Source: Pseudomonadota bacterium | GTDB lineage: Bacteria > Pseudomonadota > Alphaproteobacteria > Micavibrionales > Micavibrionaceae | Assembly: GCA_039182445.1 (NCBI GenBank) | Contig: JBCDCD010000001.1 | Coordinates: 1 to 25,810, forward strand | Direction: 5' to 3' | Length of the DNA stretch: 25,810 bases | Part shown: one piece after another, positions 11,386-18,296 of the stretch | How the letters are laid out: each line of letters begins with the position of its first letter | How positions within the stretch are numbered: the first letter of the stretch is position 1 | Translations under genes and position numbers: made by a program | The notes under the pieces: generated by a model | Told to the model about the DNA's origin: nothing | Database searches by the model: none | Seen by the model: the letters and a program-made list of their open reading frames with translations, nothing else

Positions 11386-11480
11386 TGGTGATCGGGGAGT
11401 TAGTAAAACCGGCTAAAGTCGGCTACATACACCTTTAGGCCGAAGCCCTGGACATACGTGTATGTCTCCCCGACCATAGA
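11386..11480 (-). ncRNA. C4/CI-type phage antisense RNA-like cloverleaf
   Basis: 11 bp closing stem TGGTCGGGGAG/CTCCCCGATCA, inner hairpins GACATAC/GTATGTC and GGC-TTCG-GCC, plus segments complementary to upstream and downstream sites on the same strand. Confidence 0.65.
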
Positions 11481-11517
11481 GGTTCGAGGAGTATCTACTT
11501 TGTGGCCGATACATGCC

Positions 11518-11544
11518 ACTTTAGCCTAGGAGTTACTACACTCC
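11518..11544 (-). promoter_or_regulatory. Upstream antisense target (a1-b1/seqA-like)
   Basis: Hairpin GGAG-TGTAGTAA-CTCC followed by GGCTAAAGT, complementary to TTACTA and ACTTTAGCC in the cloverleaf. Confidence 0.6.
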
Positions 11545-11571
11545 AGAAAAGCCTTAACTTTTCATACTTTC

Positions 11572-11599
11572 ATTCTAGCAACTGGACGACTCCAGTCAA
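11572..11599 (-). promoter_or_regulatory. Sigma70-like promoter with internal palindrome
   Basis: TTGACT, 16 bp spacer, TAGAAT with an extended -10 TGn. ACTGGA-N4-TCCAGT dyad at 11581-11596. Confidence 0.65.
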
Positions 11600-11601
11600 T
11601 G

Positions 11602-11823
11602 TCATTGTGCCTTTTGCTGTTCGTGTACCTCCATTGCTACTTTCGTAAATCCTATTAAATTTCTTGCGGCCTCATGTGCTTCAACATCACTAATGTTGCC
11701 GTCATATCGTTTTTTAACCATTTCAACGATTTCATTATACGTCTCGTCTTGGCTTTTTTTACTTGGCGGGGCTTCAAGTGCCTGCCTATATGTCATAGCT
11801 GTTTCTGTCATTTTCGATCTCAC
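11602..11823 (-). CDS. Small hypothetical protein (73 aa)
   Basis: ORF co-oriented with the integrase cassette, with a helical C-terminal half (ISDVEAHEAARNLIGF). Exact start uncertain. Confidence 0.6.
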   Translation of the reverse strand: MRSKMTETAMTYRQALEAPPSKKSQDETYNEIVEMVKKRYDGNISDVEAHEAARNLIGFTKVAMEVHEQQKAQ

Positions 11824-11918
11824 TTTTTGCGCTGATATTCTGGTAAAGGTGTCAATGATTCAAAAAACAGTGACACTAACGAAATCACGCGGGTTTCCGC
11901 CCCGCATTATTATTTTTG

Positions 11919-13208
11919 CTAGGAAGTACCTTGAGGTATTCGTTCCAATAGCAGGTAGACATCTTCTATTGCCTGTACTTCGTTATAAGGCAGTGTCAGC
12001 GTGTTTGTGGCGAGATCATATGCCGAAGGCTTCCATGCCACTCTAAAGCCATCAGGGATCGTTACACTGTACGGAATAGATATTTTTTCACCGTTGGGTA
12101 CGATTTGTATCCGCTGGTTTCCGTAGTCAGCAACGAGGTATTTGTCAGGTGCAATCGCTATCACATCCCAAATATCTTGAAACGCTCCTATACGATGAAG
12201 CCCTTGTTTGCGGTCATCCCATTCAGAATGCCCGACATGCCATTTGTAATCACGATCATCAGCCCCGATTGTCACCAGCATTTTCGGGCCATTACAAACT
12301 GTCACCAATTCAGTACCATCAAGTGATAGCGTCATACCGCGTGGATATATTGCATCAGTATCAAAGCCCGTGGCCTTGCTATAGGTTTCGATATATTCCC
12401 ACGTTTCAGGATTCCACACGCCCATGTGATGTTTGTTATATGAGCTAACGTAGAGCCTGCCATCTGCGAGTATTCGCGCTCGGGATGGATGCGATGTTTC
12501 ATGCTTCCAACCATTGCCGTTGGTTTTATACATTACGCGGCTTTTAATCAGTGATCCGGTAAGGCCGCTGAACTCTGATACGTGACCGTGGCCTGTGCCT
12601 TCTTCGCCTGTATCGGGATCATAACCATAGCCGTTATAGCCCGTGATCAAGACATTACCATTTGGCAAAAGCTCAATATCCTGCGGATTATAAAGCTGGT
12701 TATCCTTCAAATGGCCTGCGCTTGTGCTGCCGTATTGCCAGAGCAATTCACCGGTTGAAAGCCTAAAGGCGCGAACCATATGCCGCCATTCCATGCAGAT
12801 GAATATGCGATCATTTTCAACATCCACTGCAAAACTGCGGACGTAATTATAGCTATCTGCCTCATTGCGCGGATCTTTATGATGTCCTATCCAGTAGCCT
12901 AGAAATGAAAAATTGCTATCAAACCGTGCGATTGGAAGGCTGTAAGAGCCTATCCAAAACTCACCATTCACAATACGGATGCACGAAGGCCGGTTTATCA
13001 GGCCATCACGATAGCCTGAAATAGCCGTGCCGTAGCCTTTAAGAAGTTCGTTAATTGGTGTGACAGGCATCGCTTTAACCCAGCTTTTGTGGTCGTCAAA
13101 GGATGCTTCTTGTATCAGGTAATTCAGCATTGGTTCACCGAGATTAAGAGCTTTCTTAAGCTGCGAATTCTCTTTGATGCTGTTTAAAAATGCTTGTACT
13201 GCGCTCAT
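11919..13208 (-). CDS. NHL-repeat-like beta-propeller protein (429 aa)
   Basis: Repeated blade signatures: RSFAVDVENDRIFI, LYNPQDIELLPNGNVLIT, HPSRARILADGRLYVS, YPRGMTLSLDGTELVT, WDVIAIAPDKYLVADYGNQRIQI. No signal peptide seen. Confidence 0.75.
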   Translation of the reverse strand: MSAVQAFLNSIKENSQLKKALNLGEPMLNYLIQEASFDDHKSWVKAMPVTPINELLKGYGTAISGYRDGLINRPSCIRIVNGEFWIGSYSLPIARFDSNFSFLGYWIGHHKDPRNEADSYNYVRSFAVDVENDRIFICMEWRHMVRAFRLSTGELLWQYGSTSAGHLKDNQLYNPQDIELLPNGNVLITGYNGYGYDPDTGEEGTGHGHVSEFSGLTGSLIKSRVMYKTNGNGWKHETSHPSRARILADGRLYVSSYNKHHMGVWNPETWEYIETYSKATGFDTDAIYPRGMTLSLDGTELVTVCNGPKMLVTIGADDRDYKWHVGHSEWDDRKQGLHRIGAFQDIWDVIAIAPDKYLVADYGNQRIQIVPNGEKISIPYSVTIPDGFRVAWKPSAYDLATNTLTLPYNEVQAIEDVYLLLERIPQGTS

Positions 13209-13396
13209 GTTAAAACCTTATTTTGGAAATTTCGGAAACGTTCTATGGGTCGCTAAAGCCAATGCTAAAGCGGGTTTTAATAGATCGTAGCTACAAGAAA
13301 ACTACGGAGCGCAATGTTGCGTGGAGTTCCGAATTTGAAGTGCGGATACAGCTATAAGCGTATTTCCGCCATTGTGTCATCAAATATAGCGAAATT

Positions 13397-13427
13397 TGTT
13401 CACGGTGTTCAATGTTCATTTTGTTCA
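13397..13427. repeat. Four TGTTCA direct repeats
   Basis: TGTTCA at 13397, 13406, 13413 and 13422, just beyond the stop of the DUF6362-like gene. Confidence 0.8.
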
Positions 13428-13430
13428 CTC

Positions 13431-13847
13431 TCAATTTTTTTTCGTTTTTTCTTGGTTTAAGCGGTGTGCAAGCGTGGAAAGAACGAATACCCAATCTTGC
13501 CATGCCTTCGTGCGTCCGCATCCACGGTACTTACAGATGAATTTCCACGGCACTTTCCTTGCACGTAACCAAACCAGATTGCGATCATCCGCATTATCGA
13601 TGTGATGAAGCCATGTCAGGGTTTCTTCCATGCGCGTGATGGCGTCAGGCGCAGGCGGACCAAGTCGCAAAGGCGTTTTTTCCATCATTTCGATTTCCCA
13701 CGTCTCGTAAACGATGTCAGGCCAACCACTGAAATAACCACGTGGTTTTAAGCCTGGAACGTATAGGCGTTTCAGTGTGGCAATCGATTCCTCAAATCGA
13801 TCTGCCAATTCGGATGCGGTATATTCTTTTTTCTTCTTTTCGCTCAT
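13431..13847 (-). CDS. DUF6362-like phage transcriptional regulator (C-terminal HTH)
   Basis: ELADRFEE...TL..L, GYFSGWP, P.PDAITRMEETL.W, LVWLRA..VPW..IC...GC.R..AW match my recollection of this prophage family. GGAGG RBS. Confidence 0.75.
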   Translation of the reverse strand: MSEKKKKEYTASELADRFEESIATLKRLYVPGLKPRGYFSGWPDIVYETWEIEMMEKTPLRLGPPAPDAITRMEETLTWLHHIDNADDRNLVWLRARKVPWKFICKYRGCGRTKAWQDWVFVLSTLAHRLNQEKTKKN

Positions 13848-14053
13848 GTGCGGCCTCCATCTCTGTTTCTGTGTCCATAAAGTTTGGTGGCTATCTGTGA
13901 TATGAATTCGCGTTCAGGCCATGACAGGCGCGTGTCGTCCGCGCTTACCACCAAAATTCCGGTTTCACGCCACCCGATCATTTTCGTCCGTTCAGGATCA
14001 GTTTTATTGGGTTGCAGCCTGCCTAAAGCGCATTGATACGGGCGGTGGGTCAT
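13844..14053 (-). CDS. Conserved prophage hypothetical protein (69 aa)
   Basis: ATGA-coupled on both sides. GW...GILVV..DD.RL.W.ERE.I.Q...KLYG pattern typical of this module. Confidence 0.7.
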   Translation of the reverse strand: MTHRPYQCALGRLQPNKTDPERTKMIGWRETGILVVSADDTRLSWPEREFISQIATKLYGHRNRDGGRT

Positions 14054-14559
14054 ATGAACCTCCTTTGGTTTTGGGTTAAAATCAGATCAAGAAGCGCGAT
14101 TGCGTCTGCTTCGTTGTCATCAGTTGGGGTATGGCCTTTGGCTTTGACAGCTTTGACCACCATTGCTTTGTTGGCATTGCCTTTACCGGTGATATGTTTC
14201 TTGATTTTCCCAACCGGCATTGCGGCATATGGGATTTCATGATGTTCACACCATGCCGTAAGCGTTGCCATGAAACCGCCGTAAGCATGGGCTGCATCAA
14301 CATTGAACGTAACGCGCCCGTTCTTGCCTTTGCCTCGGTGCATACGCACCTCTTCAAAGTGGATCTCGTTAAATTGCCCGTGTTTGTTTTTAAGCTCGGT
14401 TAGGAATTGCTTGAATTTGAGATAGCGCATACCGCCGCCTTCAAAGCGATTGGTTTTGAAATGCGCTGTACCTGATACGATTGTTCCGTCCGGTTTGTGC
14501 AAAGCCCAGCCGGTTTTAATTCCAAGGTCGAGTGTGAGAATAAGATTATCGTGGATCAT
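14050..14559 (-). CDS. Phage RuvC-like Holliday junction resolvase
   Basis: ILTLDLG.KTGWA (catalytic Asp), FEEVR (Glu), DDNEADA (Asp pair). Confidence 0.88.
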   Translation of the reverse strand: MIHDNLILTLDLGIKTGWALHKPDGTIVSGTAHFKTNRFEGGGMRYLKFKQFLTELKNKHGQFNEIHFEEVRMHRGKGKNGRVTFNVDAAHAYGGFMATLTAWCEHHEIPYAAMPVGKIKKHITGKGNANKAMVVKAVKAKGHTPTDDNEADAIALLDLILTQNQRRFI

Positions 14560-14984
14560 GACGCACCCCCGACAAAACAGAAGCCGACCAATCCGAACCC
14601 TAGATTATATTTATAGGGGGTATTCGCTAATACCCTCCTATATATATAATATATAGGGTTTTCGGGAACGTAGGAATTTAATAAAATCAATAACTTAAGT
14701 CGGGAATACGTTTCGGGAAGCGGGAACGGAGCAAAAAACGCTAAAGCCTTACTGGATAAGGGTTTGAGTGTATTTTGAGCCTTTGAAAGCTCGGTAACAT
14801 TCCCGGGAATAGAAAAAGGTCGGGAACGTAGAACCCGCAGAAAACCTAGATTTTTATTTCTACGTTCCCGATTGCGTTCCCGACTTCTTACCGGCTTCAA
14901 AGCCGCAGAGAACGTAGGTTTTTGAAAACGGGAAATTTGCATTCCCGCCTGCGTTCCCGATTTATATTGCTGATTATTGGTCAT
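14556..14984 (-). CDS. Hypothetical protein (142 aa) overlapping the putative origin
   Basis: GAGGAG 8 nt before ATG 14984. Overlaps the primase stop, and its TGA overlaps the RuvC-like ATG. The protein sequence is uninformative and repeat-shaped. Confidence 0.45.
   Translation of the reverse strand: MTNNQQYKSGTQAGMQISRFQKPTFSAALKPVRSRERNRERRNKNLGFLRVLRSRPFSIPGNVTELSKAQNTLKPLSSKALAFFAPFPLPETYSRLKLLILLNSYVPENPIYYIYRRVLANTPYKYNLGFGLVGFCFVGGAS
14639..14960. repeat. Iteron-like CGGGAA(CG) repeat cluster with AT-rich flank, candidate replication origin
   Basis: CGGGAA at 14663, 14701, 14714, 14721, 14804, 14821 and 14929; TTCCCG at 14800, 14865, 14877, 14942 and 14954. 13 bp perfect inverted repeat 14820-14832/14859-14871. 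TA-rich run about 14639-14655. Confidence 0.7.
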
Positions 14985-17154
14985 CGTATATCTCCTCTGC
15001 ACCATGTTTGAATTCACCCCGTCCTTCCGCAAACGGACCACCGGTAATATCAAGCCACTTGTCATCGTTTGAGCCGGATGCTTTACCTTTGACGATTTCG
15101 GGAGGTCGCTCATTGAGCAGTTTCTGAATGATATCTTCCAGGCGATTACGGCCTATGTTGTGGAAGACAACGGGGAGTCTGTGACGTTGTTTATGAACAC
15201 CAGATGCACCTGTATGAGTAAATGGGTGTCCATTACGTGCAGCGCGACCAATGGCCTGTACCATCATGCCTTTCAGCGTATCTTCTGGCACTTTGCGCTG
15301 TCTTAATTCTTCATCGATACAATCAAGCAATCCGTGATCATTACGCATGAATGTCCGCATAGCTCTATCGGCTGGGGAATTGGATTTTACCACCGCGCCC
15401 TGAAAAATAGCGTTGCGTACATAAGGTTTGCTTAAGGATTGAAAAACGATCTGTTGATGCTCATATGGCGCAGGCCAAAGCGCGTAAGCCAATCTCACAC
15501 CATCAACAATGGCACTTGTACCTCTGATAGCATCCCGAGCTTGTTCAACCGTTGCAATTGGTTTTCCGGCTGGGGGTTTGCGCATGTGGTGTGCAACAAT
15601 TAATGATGCGTTGGTTTCACTGGCAAGGCTGGCGAGTAATCCAGTTGAAAAACTTCCTGCCGCGGGATCTGCGTTTACATCGGCATGAATGAATGATGAA
15701 AGTGGATCAAAGACGATTAATTTTAAATCATCACCAATGCGTATCAGTTGTTCTTTTATATAATGAAATTGCGGTGTGGCCTCTATGCCATCTTTGGATG
15801 AATGAATAAGAGGAAATGCACCGCCTGCATTTGGTAATGGGATAACCAATAATTTTTCAGGATTGCGTAAGCGATGTCGCTGCGGATCAAGATGCTCTAA
15901 ACGTCTATGCACCTCATTTTGATCATCTTCGGCGGTGAATATAACGGCTGTGCCAAATTCATTAACCGGATTACCAAAAGCATATGCCTGGGGAGATATT
16001 GGATCAGGTCTGCCCGTTGCAACCAACAAAGCCAGATTAAGCAAAAGCATTCCTTTACCGGTATCACCCATCGCCGCGATAATGGACACAACGCCCATAG
16101 GAAATGTGCTTTCAACAAGAAAACGTTGTTCCGGCGCATCGCCTGCATATCGTGTAGCTTGCCAATCAAAGAGGTGTAAGCCAGAGCCGTCATCTGCCTT
16201 GATTTCCTTTTTATCGGCGTTCAATAAAAATGAACGGATATCTAGGCCATCTGAAATAGCGTCAGCTGCATCATATTTATCAGGCCAATTATCATCCGGA
16301 TAAAGAATGGTGATTTTATTTGCGCCTTCTTGCTTAAGGGCTTCACCGACTTTTTCCGCATATTCCCACCCTGATTTATCCTTATCAGGCCAGATCATTA
16401 CATCCTTACCAACCAGCGGCGACCAATCCGTTTTTTCGATTGGTGCTTTGGCGCCATTCATAGCGGTGGTGGCACACATGCCGATATTGATTAAGGATTG
16501 GGCGCATTTCTCACCCTCACATAAGATCACTTCCTTTGAGGCGATCATGCCTGGTTGATTATATAAAGGGCGTGGTGTTGGAGCTTGGTACTTTCGCGCC
16601 TTCACATCCCAAGGGCGGAAAACCTTGCCATCTTCCGTTTCATAGCGATAAACACACGCAATTAAGTGATTTTTGGCATCAAAATAGTCCCATTTGGCGG
16701 TATATGCGCCCAATTCATCTATTGGAGGTGCTTTTTGCGCGGGTTTTTGATCATTTTCTGCGTTTTGCGCGTTATTTTGCGTTTCTGCATACGTGAGCGT
16801 TTTGCCTAACCAGTTTTCGATATCTTCTAGGATTTCGGCAAAATCGGTTTTGATATTCATGCCATAGACAACCGCCCATAGATCGAAAATATCACCACCT
16901 TCACCGGTTGCGTGGTCATGCCAAAGTCCAATATTGCCGCCTTTAACCTCGACTTTTAGACTTTTACCGCGCTCACCACCCGTATTACCAACCTCATACG
17001 TCCCGTGTGAGATCCGGCCTTGCGGCAAAAGATAACGTACAACACTATCAATATTGGCGTGGAGTTGGCGTTTGATTGCTTCAACGTCTTTCTTGTTGCT
17101 TTGACTTGGCTGTTGATCGCCTGCGTTGTTAAAATCGTTCCAGTTATCAGCCAT
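14974..17154 (-). CDS. Primase-helicase: TOPRIM domain plus AAA_25 (RepA-like) helicase
   Basis: ILCEGEK and WPDKD (TOPRIM). AMGDTGKG Walker A, LIVFDP Walker B, VAHHMRK, RGTSA.VDG.R. Likely start MADNW at 17154, overlapping the upstream stop. Confidence 0.88.
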   Translation of the reverse strand: MADNWNDFNNAGDQQPSQSNKKDVEAIKRQLHANIDSVVRYLLPQGRISHGTYEVGNTGGERGKSLKVEVKGGNIGLWHDHATGEGGDIFDLWAVVYGMNIKTDFAEILEDIENWLGKTLTYAETQNNAQNAENDQKPAQKAPPIDELGAYTAKWDYFDAKNHLIACVYRYETEDGKVFRPWDVKARKYQAPTPRPLYNQPGMIASKEVILCEGEKCAQSLINIGMCATTAMNGAKAPIEKTDWSPLVGKDVMIWPDKDKSGWEYAEKVGEALKQEGANKITILYPDDNWPDKYDAADAISDGLDIRSFLLNADKKEIKADDGSGLHLFDWQATRYAGDAPEQRFLVESTFPMGVVSIIAAMGDTGKGMLLLNLALLVATGRPDPISPQAYAFGNPVNEFGTAVIFTAEDDQNEVHRRLEHLDPQRHRLRNPEKLLVIPLPNAGGAFPLIHSSKDGIEATPQFHYIKEQLIRIGDDLKLIVFDPLSSFIHADVNADPAAGSFSTGLLASLASETNASLIVAHHMRKPPAGKPIATVEQARDAIRGTSAIVDGVRLAYALWPAPYEHQQIVFQSLSKPYVRNAIFQGAVVKSNSPADRAMRTFMRNDHGLLDCIDEELRQRKVPEDTLKGMMVQAIGRAARNGHPFTHTGASGVHKQRHRLPVVFHNIGRNRLEDIIQKLLNERPPEIVKGKASGSNDDKWLDITGGPFAEGRGEFKHGAEEIYDDQ

Positions 17155-17908
17155 TCGTTTCCCCCCAGCATCGATCTTGGTAAGGGCAGAATTTGCAGCC
17201 AAAGAATGACGGATCATTTGATATGCGCGGCAACCAATCACCGGCTTCACAGGCTTGTATGACCTGCACACCTTTATCACTCATGCTTTGCGCAAGCGCA
17301 GCGTCAAAGGGTACGAGTTCATGGTAAATTTCAGACGTGTCTTTATTAACCGCCGTGAATAACGCAGGATTTTTTGATATGCCTGGTATTGTGCCTTCCA
17401 TATAGGCTTGGTAAATCGCTACCTGCGCCGCATAGACTGGCTTTGAAATAGCCAGCCCTTTCTTTTCGGTAAGCTTCCAATTTTTATTGTTCATGGATTT
17501 GCATTCCCATAGCGCGGGAAATGTCATGCCTAAAGATTCAGGTGCGTTATTAATAATACCATCGACATGACCGGCAATGCGCCCACCGGCTACACGGAAA
17601 CCAAATTGCTTGCCGTTTTGCTTTTCAGTAAAAAGCTCAAAACCTGCCTTACGCAGCCATTCAATCGCCATATCCTCAAACAAGTGACCGGCTGCAAAAA
17701 TTCTTAAAGATTGACCATCAAAATCTCGGCCTTCATCTTTTGGCGTGTGCGTATATTCATATTGAAGCGCACGTTTGCATTCCACGCCCAAACGAGAGCC
17801 GCCTAAATAATCGCGCTTCCATGCCCCTTGGCGTTCTGCTTCCAGTGCTTCATCGATCAGGTTATTAACTTTATCGTGAAATTTTTCACGGTGATTAAAA
17901 TCCAGCAT
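17147..17908 (-). CDS. Cas4-like PD-(D/E)XK exonuclease
   Basis: GHVDG, WECKS and QVAIYQ motifs. One N-terminal Cys (VECKR) plus C-terminal CKFCPYQDRC. Start taken at MLDFNH (17908); the track start is 17929. Confidence 0.82.
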   Translation of the reverse strand: MLDFNHREKFHDKVNNLIDEALEAERQGAWKRDYLGGSRLGVECKRALQYEYTHTPKDEGRDFDGQSLRIFAAGHLFEDMAIEWLRKAGFELFTEKQNGKQFGFRVAGGRIAGHVDGIINNAPESLGMTFPALWECKSMNNKNWKLTEKKGLAISKPVYAAQVAIYQAYMEGTIPGISKNPALFTAVNKDTSEIYHELVPFDAALAQSMSDKGVQVIQACEAGDWLPRISNDPSFFGCKFCPYQDRCWGETNG

Positions 17909-18296
17909 TAGTTGTTCCTTTGCGTTCAATGGCGCACTCGGCCTCGTAAGCCTTCGCTGCTAATTCTTGGAGTTTGTCGTGATAGGCTGTGACAATGACC
18001 TCAACGAGGGTCAGCACTTCATCTTTGGTGTAATTATCAAGGCCGCGTGTCATGCCAATGGAGGCGACATATTCACCCATTGGTGCAAGCGCGGCTTGAA
18101 TGGCTGCTTTTTCATTTTTGGTAGGATCAATCACGCTCATATCTCCGTTTTGTTTTTTCAAATCGCTGTAAATGCGTTGGCATTGCATCGAACAGAATTT
18201 GCGGTACGAGCTGCGGCCTATCGGTGTGTTGATCCGAAATGGTGGTTGGATGTAACCAAAGCCGCGATGATCTCTTAGGCACACTGCGCATTTCAT
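17895..18296 (-). CDS. DUF6511-like zinc-finger prophage protein
   Basis: CAVC...RGFG and FCSMQCQ, then IDPT..E.AA, GEY...IG. ATGA overlap with the helicase stop. Confidence 0.72.
   Translation of the reverse strand: MKCAVCLRDHRGFGYIQPPFRINTPIGRSSYRKFCSMQCQRIYSDLKKQNGDMSVIDPTKNEKAAIQAALAPMGEYVASIGMTRGLDNYTKDEVLTLVEVIVTAYHDKLQELAAKAYEAECAIERKGTTNAGF

Noticed and set aside
11400-11477. 25-codon minus-strand ORF MVGETYTYVQGFGLKVYVADFSRFY inside the cloverleaf
   Set aside because: No RBS, and the sequence is explained by RNA structure.
13397-13428. Resemblance of TGTTCAC to the phage P4 origin octamer
   Set aside because: Short match; the larger repeat cluster next to the primase is the better origin candidate.
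14985-15113. Upstream extension of the origin-spanning ORF
   Set aside because: Lies within the primase C-terminus; the RBS supports ATG 14984.
17155-17280. 42-residue N-terminal extension of the primase in the ORF track
   Set aside because: Overlaps the nuclease gene by more than 130 nt; MADNW at 17154 gives the usual short overlap.
17147-17908. Cas4-like gene as a sign of CRISPR-Cas
   Set aside because: No repeat-spacer array or other cas genes in the window; context is phage recombination.
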